A stretch of DNA of 64,000 nucleotides from Cirrosporium novae-zelandiae (lineage: Eukaryota): contig JAPETS010000030.1 of the NCBI GenBank assembly GCA_026023565.1, positions 124,001 to 188,000 on the forward strand. The letters run 5' to 3'. Positions 52,134-64,000 of this stretch are shown piece by piece. The position numbers and the translations under genes are program-made. Under the pieces are notes generated by a model. It was not told the DNA's origin. It did not search any database and was given only the letters and a program-made list of their open reading frames with translations. Numbering within the stretch: the stretch's first letter is position 1; every line of letters begins with the position of its first letter.

Positions 52134-53511
52134 TCATGAATCTTTCGCACCATCTACCGCCTTCTCCTCCTCTTCAGTACGGGCCTTCTCTACAGCTTCT
52201 GCAAGAGTATCTCTGGGCGCTGCTCTCTGTGGAGGTGGGTCATTCGGAAGATACGAATACCCTGTATCTGTAGCTAGAACGGGAAATACGCGATAACTTG
52301 TGGTATAGGGACCTGAGATTTCCTGAGAATGAAGCTGTTGTCCTGAAAAATCCTGTGATAGAGATTGCTGGGGTTTAGCTGATTCGGCGAACTTTTGAGA
52401 GAGGATGGGAGAGGGGCTTGTGGCCGAATTTCTCTCCTTGGAAAGACCATACTTGAGATCAAGCTTGAGTCTTTTTGACTGTCTTTCTTCTATCGAAAGT
52501 AACTTGGATCTTGCTCTGGTGAAGTATTTTTCATTCCTTCCCCAGTTTTTATCCTCAATTTCACGGAGTTCTTGGCTAGTCAAATCCCTCAAATGTCTGG
52601 TAGAGTTCCTTTCGATCATATTTGGGGTCATATCATTGATGATATTCTGCTCCCAATGTTTCCCTTTCCGTTCTTTTGAATCCCAGACCACACATCGTGC
52701 TGCTCTTCGAAACCATGCCTGACGATTTGCAAGGGCTGTTTTGGTTGGCCTGGTTTCTGGTAACATCCTGGCTCTGAGGTCCAGTACCTTAATACGGCTA
52801 TCTTCACGTCGAATAGTTTCTATCAGGTGCCCTCCCACCATTGATCCTATTCTTGTCGGGAGGTCCCAGTCGACAACCGGCCATCCGTCAGGATCCAGAA
52901 CTACCCGACCTTGATCATCTACCATAGCTCCAGGTGCATAGCTGGGATTTTGTCGATCTTTGCGATATAGCTCGAATAAAATTGGGGCCCTGTTCTCTCG
53001 CTTTTCTCCCCAGTGACAATATCTAGGGTGGTATGATGTGGCATTCTTTGGCTGATGCTTTCTACCCAGTTTCACGGTATCCTGCTCAAACTCTACTGAT
53101 ATTAGTATTTTTTGAAAGCGAAGTTGAATTATAGTACGAACCATATTGCCGAGAGTCATTGATCTCAAGATTAGAGGCGTAGACAGCTTCACCTACGCTA
53201 GTTTTTAGCACTACAATCAGCAGACCTTTGGTGATATCTTTTCTCACGTTCTTCGCCATTATTTACATGGTCGTCTTCCTGTCTCTCTGAGTTTTTCGTC
53301 CATAGTTTGCCATCCCGCTGGATCACTCTGTTTCCGGGTGCTTCTTTTTGTTGGGCAGCTTTATTTCTCCATTCTAATAGCCCGAATAAGCCTTGTGTAG
53401 TTGTAAAAAGGGTCTCCACTTACTATTCAACAATACCCGCCATTTCTGATTGCGCGTGGCCTCCTCTGGGGTCTGATTCTCGTATTTCTTTCCTGGTACT
53501 TGGTCACTCAT
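52134..53511 (-). CDS. Uncharacterised 4-exon protein (~397 aa) with a basic helical domain
   Basis: Exons 53511-53424, 53373-53267, 53192-53142, 53081-52134 (donors GTAAGT, GTAAAT, GTTCGT; phases consistent). Core LPTRIGSMVGGHLIETIRREDSRIKVLDLRARM...TALANRQAWFRRAARCVVW. Confidence 0.75.
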
Positions 53512-54863
53512 GTCGGCTGAGGTGTGGTCGAAGATTGATGGGTGAATATCGCAAGAAAGATTCAATAAAAGGTCAGAGGTTAGCCCTCGTGACAACCCTA
53601 AGCGCAACCAGACTATTCAATATGTTGATGTTAACGTTGATATGCCGTGAGAATGAGAAATGTCGATATGTGCGGCTGTGAGAAAATCTCTTGTAGGTTG
53701 GATAGCTAGGGCGAGAAGCTGAGAGAGATGAGAAGAAAGGTTTTTAAAACTAATTCTGTTAGGAAACTGATTGTGTACGTAACCGGGTATTGACCGTGTG
53801 TTGATGAAGGCTAAAATCCAATGCGCCGAGTAGACTTCTTGAGACATGCGATCTCCATCGATTCCCATCAACGCCTCTTCAAAGATCCTCGAAACTTTGT
53901 TTATCGGGCTCTCTTGGGTTGAATTCTATATCAGTTGTATGTATTGTCTAATATGTATACTATAAGCAGTTGAGTACTAATAATTATATAAGTTTTTGCA
54001 TCTTGACAACAAGAGTGCACATTCCTGCTACCTCGATGAGTAGCATGGTAATGCTATTGTTTAGCGACAGGAACACCCCCAGCTTTTATGCCATGGTGAA
54101 TCCATCTCACAAAGTAGAGCTCCCTGACAAGTCCACGCTTTCCCAAAATGGCAACAAAGAGAAGAAAGTACGAGGATATGCTAGAAGACTTCGAGTGGTT
54201 CTCCACGGCATAGTCCATGGACGGAAACTAATACCAGGTTTGAAAGAAAATAGGAAGTAGAAAGTAAATGATTATTAGAGCAATACAATTCCATGTCATG
54301 AGCATTCATATCCAAGCAAGTCAACAAGTGAACTATGTGCCAAATAATGTGGATTTGCATAACCTAAAACTCTGGAACGTTGAAAATTAATCAGAGGGAG
54401 TGTATTTCTACATTTGCTCGAAGGCATCCCCCACGGCCTCAAAACAAGTTGTCGCCAATCCCGATACACGAACCGTTTCCGTCAGCGATTCTTATTGAAT
54501 TCCAAAATATAATCATACGATATTTGGGGTTATTACTCAAAAATGCGTAGAAACAGATTTGTCAATTAAATTATTGTTTTTTGTTCCTGAGCGGCTGCGG
54601 TCCTTGAAACAGAGCTAAATAGGAATCACGAAAAGGAATGGCACTGTAAGATGGACTAACAATGTTGAAATTTAGAGTCCTTGAGTGGTGACTTGAAAAA
54701 AATGGAAAATAGTTATTAACTATTTAAAACAAAAGAAAACCAAAAACAACAGACCGACAAGGCCAGGAAGCAGACCGACAACACACAAGGCAACCTATTT
54801 CCTGCCTTCTGAAAAGCTGAGATATTCTTTGCCTTTTTCTTTCAATCTAGAACAAAGTAGTAC

Positions 54864-55584
54864 TTACACATTGATTTCTTTCCGAAGTCGACATGCCTTC
54901 TCCTCTACCCGGAGTAATTCTAACTCCTTATCAACAATTCTTTTCGTATTTTCGAGCTTCTATTTATATATAAATATATCAAACAGGAAATGGTTGGATA
55001 AAAATATACCAGAATCGCCGTAGATTTTTCGGGTGGGGGAGGGAGGGCGCCGCACATGGTGGTAGAAATAATGGGGTTGGTGGGAGAAGGGATGGCTTGG
55101 CTATTCTCAGTTAGTATCTGATCATCATACCTTGTTGTAAGAGTAATGGGAGTTCTACTTACTCTGGATAGGTCTCCGACACAACCACGAGAAAGAGAGG
55201 CAATTCGAAAAAAAACAAAAAAACGAGAGACCCATAGGCTGAGGGTTGATATAATTTATCTTTTTTTCTCTCAGACTATACTAAAATGAGTACTTTCTTT
55301 TCAATATAGAACAAAGCAGTACTTACAAATTGATCTCCTCACGGAGACGACCCAGCTTCTCCTCTACACAGATTATCTCTAATTCTTTTTCGGAGATTTT
55401 TTCCTGATTTTCAGCCATCTATTTATATATGTTAGGGCATGCCAAGTGTAGACGTCTACGCGCTTACGAAGCGCTCGCTTGGCGCCTGAGTAATCTTATA
55501 AAGAAGAACGCTGTCCCACGTATTATGGGGGCAGCGTTCAACTTTTGCATCTACCTCAGAGGGCACTCCTAAAGCTATCATCAT
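54864..55584 (-). CDS. Hidden multi-exon small coiled-coil protein (>=131 aa) with a duplicated exon
   Basis: Exons 55584-55468, 55418-55327, 55100-55010, 54959-54864 join in frame. Introns have GTAAGC/GTAAGT/GTATAT donors, CTAAC branch points in two, and TAG acceptors. Start and end uncertain. Confidence 0.55.
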
Positions 55585-56428
55585 TCTGGCGTCTCGAATG
55601 CAAACCTTATAGTATTCTAGTTAGTTAATCACTACTTAGATAGTTATCCTATCACACAGCCTGGATTAGGCGCTGCCCTTACGTGCACGGAATCCTAGCT
55701 GAGTGGCAAAGATTCACCCCGACATTCACTTCCACATCTATTCACCAGTCGCGGACCGTAAGACCAGAACATCTCAATTGCAACAACAATTAGGAAATCG
55801 GAGGCCAAGTCTTCTAGGAAAGGAGATTGTGGTTTCTAGCAAGTACGTTCGATGTTCAGGCATATTCCGTGCTAAGATTAGAGAGCAAAGATAGCATATT
55901 TTTCATAGAATTAATTCTACATCCTTATACAAAATAATACATAGAAATGTATAAGGTGAAGTTATGTGACATGTCACGTGACGTAAAAACTGAGGCACAC
56001 ACCTAAATCGGCATTTGTAACAGAAACGGAGTTCAAGAAACTCGGGCTCTGAAACTGAAGACTTTGTAGTCCATCTCCTATATTTCAGAGCCGTTCAATA
56101 AAAATAAGGTTGATTCAAATCTATGTCTCATGAAAATTAACTTCTTGATTGGAAATTTTGAGGAAGTGGTGATCCTTGTGAGCAACTACGTAGGTAGGTT
56201 AATAGAAAGTAGTTCTATCTTTCCTGGATGGCCATGTGCAAGCTAAGAGATCTCGCTAAAAATAGATGCTTAAAATTTCATAAACAATTCAATAATCCCG
56301 TAACCGCTAACTTTTCTTGTTTTTCCATATCTATTCTATAGTAATGATATGGGTATGTCAATAATAGATTATCATTAGATTATGAAACCAATAGAACTGT
56401 ATCAAAAATCAATAAAAATTAAATCTAA

Positions 56429-56532
56429 TGATGCTGGCGCGATTCGAACGCGCGAGGTTTCCCACTGCGGATTTTCCGGATCTATTACAGATTGGCCTAA
56501 ACACAGCGCCTTAACCACTCGGCCACAGCACC
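56429..56532 (-). tRNA. tRNA-Leu(UAG) with ~25-nt intron
   Basis: Acceptor stem GGTGCTG/CAGCATC plus A73; D arm GCCGAGTGGTTAAGGC; anticodon stem CTGTG/CGCAG with loop TT-TAG-G then intron; long variable arm; T arm GCGCG-TTCGAAT-CGCGC; T-run terminator downstream. Confidence 0.95.
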
Positions 56533-58733
56533 GATCATTGGTTGATATAAATATATCTGAAAATAATTTATAGAATGAGTTGCAAAGATTGGTGGGAGGC
56601 TTTCCGTTTAAAAGGTTGTTTAATGATTTTGGGAGTCGGTGTTGTTGTTGGTGTATTCGCTAAATTTCTATCAGTTCTCGGCCCGGCGGCCCCACTTGAA
56701 CTTCCACGAGGAGTTTAGCGAGGCTTGGCGAGAGACAAGCATGGAAGAAGCTAAGCTCAAAGGATATTTCTTAGTCCTAAACCCTTAAACCCTTTGTCTC
56801 AGCCGACACGTCGGCAGTCTCTACTAACTTAATACTTTTTGTGCAAATGGAGCTTCAACTACTTCCCCTAATATTTATAAAAAGCATGTCTATCTATTTA
56901 CCATTTGTTTGTTCCCTTGTTTCAATATATATAAAAGAGTCTCCTATGGATTTTGCAAAGTGTCTTCACTTACTACCTCGGGACCCCCACCTACATCCTA
57001 GCCCCCTTGGTCTGGTCGGTTTATTAAAATCTAAGGCCCGACACAAGGCACGCTGAGCGCGAAAATTTTTTGAATATCGATTCACTACATCTTATCTTAT
57101 CCCCACGTGATATCACGTGATGATATGGCTCCCTTGCAAGATGAACTCTTTAGTAGCAATCCATTGCATATCTTATACCCTAGCTTGCATACCAGTTCTC
57201 AAGATCGCAACCGCAGTCTTACCATCATTTTTAGTGAGGAAGGTGGTTCATTTCTAGGGGTGGCTATACTGTTGCAGAGGCATAATGTTCATTCTTGTGG
57301 TCTAAGAATCTAATATTCAATTTGCGGGTTACCTGACCAAGGTCATCACTGTGGGGGACCAACACTCTCCAACATATACGCCCGTCCAAGCTCTCTAACT
57401 ATATACCATACACCAACTTTTCACATGTATCCTACACCCCCAGGACTACAACTTTAGCCTTCTATTATTATTAGCATTCTGCAACAATCAACTCGACTCT
57501 TCTTAACTTTTCAGCGTATCTCTCCCCTTCCATCGCTCTGAGTACGTTAATGTCTTTATCAGACTGGTTGAGAGCGTAGCGTGCCCCTAGTATTTAGTCT
57601 TTTCCTGCTTCTTGATATCTCAACCTCAGTTTTCGTACCAAATACCAATTGATTAATTCTAACTATTCCCTTTCCTTAATATTATCGTATTTAAGATTCG
57701 ATACATTCTCAAATTATCTAAAAAACCCATTGATCACCCAGATTTCTATTTTTTTTCCGGTGGCTTGACTTGTTCACCCCTCTCTAGTCCTCTCGAGTCC
57801 CCTAACTCTGATAATTCTATCTGATACTCTTTATGCTTTCATTTTTCTTGGATGTAGGTATTTTCATTATCCTTAGTATCCCTGTGAATCTCCTTCTCGA
57901 TATTACTACGGTAATTTCCGATCACTTCACAACAAGGGAGGCCAAAAAAGGATCAGTTTTTTATAATGATTCAATTTGAAAACCTCCCCAAAGGCTGATA
58001 GATCGAAGTTAATTGCGAGCATATACAAGTTGGTTTTGTCTGAAGGCTTCTCTAAGGTTACTTTTTTGGGTTCTTTTTTTTGATCTAGTCGCTTTCATTT
58101 GTATTATTCCTCTCCACCACTCAGTCCAAGTGCCAGTCTGTCTTCATAGCTTCATATGCCATATCCATTGCGATCTCCAACTCCATACTACAACTTCCCT
58201 ATGTAGAGCTTTGAAGTCTAATGAGTTTCATTTCTACGCACCCTACATGTTCTCTTCCTACACAGAAACTTCAGTGAACCTATTCCCATATACTAGCTAT
58301 ATAGAACTGAACCAAACTAACTTGCTATATAATATCTCGCATGCAATTTCAATTGCTCTCTAAGCTGCCTACGGCGTGGTACATGCTAGAAAACTGGCAA
58401 TTGCTACCGGCGGAGACCCGTGTCCGACCAAAGCCCACTGGAGCTATCACCTCATTGGCCGAAGAAACCACTTCCTACCAATGCCTCTATTATTCACTTT
58501 TGTGACCATTATTCGCCTCTGTTGTATCTATATCTTCTCGTCTTCTTCTCCTTCTCTCCTTCTTTCTTTCTCCAAGCTTCAATAACCAATTACTGCGAAT
58601 TCAAACAACAATTCAATTTTTTCATCTAAAAATCAAGTCTCCACTCTATACTCTCTTCTCTACTTTCAAATAGAAAGTTTCAATTTCCCTTGTTACTTTT
58701 CCACTTCTTCTCCTTCTTTTCTCTTCATCCAAA

Positions 58734-60123
58734 ATGTCTTACTCTAGAGAAGGTGAAAAATTAGCGTTCCTGACCTTTTCATCTTTCTTATGTGTCTCTA
58801 GACTTTGCTGCAACCGTTGCTGGCACCACTGTGACCAGTCCCAAGTAGGTTCTCTTCTGTTGCCTCTGTGACAGCAGGATGACAGCTTACTAACGTCTAG
58901 CAGCGATCATCAAGCTAAGGAATCTGACTTTCCTTCCCTTAGCGTTGTTTTTCAGGAGACCTTCGCAGAAGCCGAAGCATTCGACGGCATTGATTACATT
59001 GAGCGATTTGCCAATGAAGGGCAGCCAGCCGTCAAGGATGAGATCACTTCATATATCCTGCCAAATATTCACGGTCTCGTCAAGCAGGGAGACTCTTCCC
59101 TTAAAGGGTATGCAAATGCTCAACTTTGGTTTTATTAAGGCTAACGATGAATCTTGCAGGTTCGAACGCATCAAGGTCAACCCACATCAAACCGCCAACG
59201 AGCCCCATATCTACATGCATGTGATATACGACAACCAGGGCCACGTCTACCGATACATCGGACAGGCCGGTCGCCTTCGCAAGCAGCTGAACGACCACCT
59301 TGACCCCAACTCACGTGCGAAGCATCCCTGCCTTCATTATCACATCTAGCAGGAACAAGGCATGAAGGATTTCTGGGTTATCTTGGCAAGTGTGCCACTC
59401 CAGACAGGCAATGGGTATTCCGAGTTGCTTCGAGCGTGGATGCTTAACCTCACTGAGCACGTCTGCACTAAATTGTTTCAGAGTCTAGTTTCAGAGCGGA
59501 CCGAAGGCTGGCAGCATGTTCCTTTGAACATGGCACCGCCTCTATATCAAGGAAATCGTTGCTTCGGTAAGGTTGAGTCTACCATAGCTGACAATATTAG
59601 ACACCAAGCTTCTTTGAACTTGGAAATAATCAGTGACCCTCAGGTGCGACAATAGTGGACAGTATGGCACAACACCAGTGGGCCCACTCGCGTCCGTCGG
59701 CTGATCGACTCACTTTTCAATAGTGTTGAAAAAGCAGGGAAGTTCAATAAAAGTGACGATCGCTATTTTATAACCTTCAGTAAAGTCGTAATCAAGTTTA
59801 ACTGGAGAGACCAAGCTACTCTCGGCCTGGACGCTGATCATCTAGATGTGACTGTACAAGCTTTCCTAAGCCCTAATGGCCCCGATATGCATCACTATGC
59901 CACTGCTGCCCACCCAGACGATCCTGCTGCCCGCCTATCATTCCGCGTTACTGGACCTAGTGGTCAAATAAAGTGGGCCAAGCAAGGTGGCGACATGATG
60001 GCCAAAAAGATGAACACTTTTGTTCACCTCAGGGAAGGCAAGTCTCGCGCTGATATTCTAGACATGGAAAGATGTTTCCAGCGAGTGTCGAACACTAATG
60101 GATTGAAGAGCTTTTACACTTAA
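58734..60123 (+). pseudogene. GIY-YIG-like nuclease gene (410 codons) interrupted by two in-frame TAG codons
   Basis: Exons 58734-58752, 58802-58844, 58901-59107, 59160-60123 with canonical introns. Motif PHIYMHVIY-x7-RYIGQAGRLRKQLNDH. TAG at 59347-59349 and 59653-59655; no frameshifts. Confidence 0.7.
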
Positions 60124-61263
60124 AGTGCCTTCACAGACCCTTTTCAGGTTGTCTATCCATTCAAAGTCTCAGGCTCTTTAGTCTTTCCTATCAAGATGAA
60201 AGGAACCAGACCCTTTTTAGGCTGTTCTGAGAGCAGGAGATTGTAAACCCGCCGTGGATCTTAGGCATGAAGGGTTTCTCCACCCCGGCGACTGGACTAG
60301 TAGACTTCGGTCGAATGTCTACTCATTGCGAGGTCTGACATAAAACCAGGTCATCCGTCAGATGTGTTGCTGTATTTACGGTGTCTTAAAGCTTTGTCCT
60401 GGCAGAGCATAAATGGCATTGGGGTCACCTCCTTTTCAGTTTATCTGGGATGTAGGAGGCTCCACTCTTTGGGGATGGTTGCTTCGTGTGACATGAACAA
60501 TGTTAGTGGTTTTAGTAGTTGGGTTAGATTAACATAGTTGTAAGTAGAGAAGGGAATAGACCTTGGGGGTCTTCACGCAACATCAATTTTTATATAGAAA
60601 AGTCCTTGAGGAGGCCTTTGAGCAAAATGGACGGTTGATGTGAGCGTATATATACCTATAGTCTATGTACAGTACATATACAACAAATAAATCTATCAGC
60701 ATTACTTTTAACTTCTACCTTAATCCATATAGCTAAATTTATGGAACTAGATGCAAAGCTTCTCCCTAAAACACAACTCCACTTAGACATCCTAGAAATG
60801 AAACAAATTATCCAGCATATGTGTAAATACCACCCTTGTGCCTCTTAATCTCCTTCCCTCGAGGTCAATCCATTCATCACACAATGTCCTTAGTTTCAAG
60901 TCAAGCCCAGATCCCCCCTCTTCTCCTCCAATCAATAATAATAATAATATGTCCCAATTTCTCAAAATTTCTTCTTCGTTATTGTTGTTGTCGTCGATCC
61001 CACCCATGCCATAATCAATCCAAAGTTCAAAAATTTAGCGAGAAAACCATATCTATAGCATAGGAAAATAAAATATTAACCACCTCAGGCCAAAACCCTT
61101 CCCCCCCAATCATAAACAATCTACTTCATGGAAATCAAAAAATAATAATACCTAAACCAAGAGGTATTCATTTCTTATTCCGAACTCTCTCTCTCTACAA
61201 TTACATTAACCATAACCACCACAACCGCCCACCTCCCCCCAAAACCACAACAACAAAACCATC

Positions 61264-62118
61264 ATGTCCACCACCACCACCTCATCCCAACCGCCGCCAA
61301 ATCCCCAAACAAGAACAACAACCCCACCACCCCCCACACCCCCTCACGCCTACTTCAACGCTCAACGCGCAGCTCTAATTTCAGATATTTCTCTCGTAAG
61401 TTCAAACCCCCCCCCCCTTAAAATCCCCAAAAAATATTTTTTTAGGGAGAGAGAGAAAGAAGGGCGCGGGGGGCTAAATTTTTTTAGAGTTTTGACCAGG
61501 TTTTGAAGAATATTAATAAGTTGAATCGGAGTTTGGAGGCGGTTATTGATGTATGTGGGGGGTTTTTTTCTTTCTGCCTTTGGGTGGTTTTGGGAAGGGG
61601 GGGGGGGAAGGGTTGTCTCCTTTCTCGAATGTTTTTTTTCTTTCTCTTTCTGTGTCTATGTCTATGTCTATGTCGGTGTTTTACATCGTCCTTGATTCCC
61701 TCGGGGAGATGGAGAGAAGAGGAGAAGAGAGAACGAGTGCACATATTCTATCCCTTCCTTTTCCCTCTTCATGCTTGGATATATGCATATACCCCCCTTA
61801 TCCCCAACCCCTAGTCCCCTCCAAGTTCTCCCCATCCACCATCCACCATCCACCATCCCCAAGACCCACCCACCCAGCAACATCTCTTCATCCCATGAAT
61901 GAATATTTATATTTACATTGCAAAACTAGGTCGGAAACGAGTTTAGCTCCGTGGAGGCGCTATGGTCTCAGTTCGAGAACGTAATGGGGAAAGATCCTGC
62001 GGCTGAGGAAGGGGGTGAAGGGGAAGGGGAAGGGGAAAGGGAAAGGGAAGGGGGGGATGAAAAGGAAAGGGAGGAGGGGGATACGACTGTTATACCTAAG
62101 GAGCAGGATGAGTTGTGA
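61264..62118 (+). CDS. DAD1: DASH/Dam1 kinetochore complex subunit Dad1 (~127 aa)
   Basis: Exons 61264-61395, 61488-61550, 61930-62118: [55 protein letters not shown], followed by an acidic tail. Confidence 0.93.
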
Positions 62119-62526
62119 TTGTTGCGTGCGGGATTTGGTATATGATGGGGGAGGGTGTTTGTTTTTGGGAGGTTACTCTAGGTTGTTCTCTATGAAGAAC
62201 AGGAATTGATGATACAAGTATAGGCTACAAGTATAGACACACAGGTTTACAATGTCAAACAATCTTAAATTCATGTGGTTCCCTGTAATACAATGGGCAA
62301 GAAAGCCGAATCGAAACAGCCGATCGGATTAAATAAATATACTGCGCCTCAAAACGTCCTTATTTTGCCCCGTCCAACCAATGCAGAAGATCCTATACCC
62401 AAAGAAAACGTGTGTTCAGATAAAAGACGGATGTGCGACATCAAGGTCAACCACTTTCATACAGCCATATGCGCATTAATGCATGTCATATCCTTCATGC
62501 CCTCTCAACTTGCACCCACGACCAGT

Positions 62527-63469
62527 TTAGAGAATCCTGCAGGACCTCTTCTTCGATTTTTTCCCTCCATGACGTGTTGAGCCTTGATTCGTTTGCGTTT
62601 CGATTTCCGAATCGACGGCAATGTCCACCGCTAGTTCAAAAACTTCATCAACACCTTTCATTTCTTTGCTGCTGCACTCGACATAGCAGGCTCCCATTTG
62701 ATCTGCCACCGCCTTGCCTTGATCTGGAGTGACCGGTGTTAACCCCTGTGTCTTGAGAAGATCTATGCATGTTTTCTTCGATCGCAAATCCGACTTCAGG
62801 CCGACAAGGATCAAAGGGGTGTTGGGACAAAAGTGGACAACTTCGGGGTACCACTAAGGGTTGGTTAGATTTTGCATACACCATAGAACTGGAAAATAGA
62901 ATTGGAAAGCTCACCTTGTCCATGACATTTTCTAATGAATTCGGGCAGTCAATGGCAAAGCAGACGAATAGTAGATCGGTTTCAGGATATGAAAGGGGTC
63001 GTAGTCGATCATATTCTTCCTGGCCAGCAGTATCCCATAGAGCTAGCTCAACACCTTTTCCCGTAGGGGCATGGACGGTATGAGTTATATAATTCTCAAA
63101 TACAGTAGGAACATATTTCTATTATTTATTAGTATAACTCCAAAATTCCGACTAGAAAAAACCAACCTCTGGAAAGTATCCTTTGCTATAACTGATGAGA
63201 AGACAAGTTTTTCCACATCCTCCATCTCCAACCACGACAAACTTTTTCGAGAATGCTGGAGGTTGAGTGATATTGGTGGCCTGGGACATTGCACTACTTG
63301 AGGCGGTGCTGACATGTGTGCTGGAGGTAGCGTTGCTTTTTCTTGCGCTTTGATGGCGAACAACAGATTTACGTTTGGGTGAAACGGATACTGAAGGAGC
63401 CTTTTCACTCAGAATTGAAGAATGGCGGCGAATGTGGTCAAAACGACTATTGTGGGCTTGGACAGACAT
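62527..63469 (-). CDS. RHO4: Rho-family GTPase Rho4 (~277 aa)
   Basis: Exons 63469-63167, 63118-62915, 62853-62527. [47 protein letters not shown]-terminal extension, polybasic tail and CAAX (CRIL). Confidence 0.94.
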
Positions 63470-64000
63470 GGTGGAAGGGGTGAATGAATGGAGCGGTGGA
63501 TAGAGCGGTATAGGTATGGTAGTTTATATGTATGGGATGTATGGGATGGAGTGTGCTGAATATGTGGTGGTTCTTCTCAATTATCAACAATGGCTAAATC
63601 ATGAAGACAAAAGGATGAGAAGAAAGTTGATTTTTCGGAGAATAATTAAAGGTCAATGGTAAAGCAAATAACAATGGGCTGTCGGTGACCTTCCAGTTAA
63701 AAGAGGGGATTTGTGGAGAAAGATGTGATCAAGGTCTATTTACAGCCAAGAAAATCATGTTGCTGGTGCAACCAATCTTTGGCGTTTCATCCAAGGCACC
63801 GACTTTTAATTTCAATTGGTCAGAGTCAAGGGATTTTCCAATTATCCACACATTTCATCGAACCATTTTACCAAGTAACTAACTATCTAACGTCAACTAG
63901 ATCATAGACATGGATTCTATTAATTGAACAATTAGACAGTCCATTGATTGATTGACCTTCATCTATTATCGATATGTCAAACTCTATCATCAGCCTCCTT

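Noticed and set aside
56429..56532. Amber-suppressor tRNA explaining the TAG codons nearby
   Set aside because: The anticodon is 5'-UAG-3', which reads Leu CUA; a suppressor would need anticodon CUA.
56770..56830. Telomere-like CCTAAACCCTTAAACCC and a Helitron-like 3' hairpin
   Set aside because: Only two imperfect units, and the hairpin is not followed by a clear CTRR end.
51900..60700. Starship or other giant transposon
   Set aside because: No tyrosine-recombinase captain, transposase, terminal repeats or target duplication visible.

Overview
Genomic DNA of a filamentous ascomycete (Pezizomycotina). Introns are short GT-AG with CTRAY branch points, so the ORF track fragments or misses most genes. 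I rebuilt spliced models by hand and checked exon phase. The conserved block at 1.4-37.2 kb contains a TilS-like PP-loop protein, mitochondrial SAM carrier (PET8/SAM5), WDR48/UAF1, Hal4/Sat4 kinase, mitochondrial ribosomal uL11, SVF1, a possible orphan, SmF (absent from the ORF track), cytoplasmic dynein heavy chain and a membrane-anchored GNAT-like protein. A gene-poor, microsatellite-rich stretch at 37-52 kb holds a small ORF and a gag-only retroelement relic with a RIP-like signature. An accessory-looking island at 52-60.6 kb surrounds an intron-containing tRNA-Leu(UAG). It carries an uncharacterised 4-exon gene, a hidden gene with an internally duplicated coiled-coil exon, and a 4-exon GIY-YIG-like nuclease gene that is intact except for two in-frame TAG codons. 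DAD1 and RHO4 close the window. The best lead is the GIY-YIG-like gene: either a mild-RIP pseudogene or a gene restored by UAG-to-UGG editing or readthrough. All family assignments come from motif recognition, not database searches.
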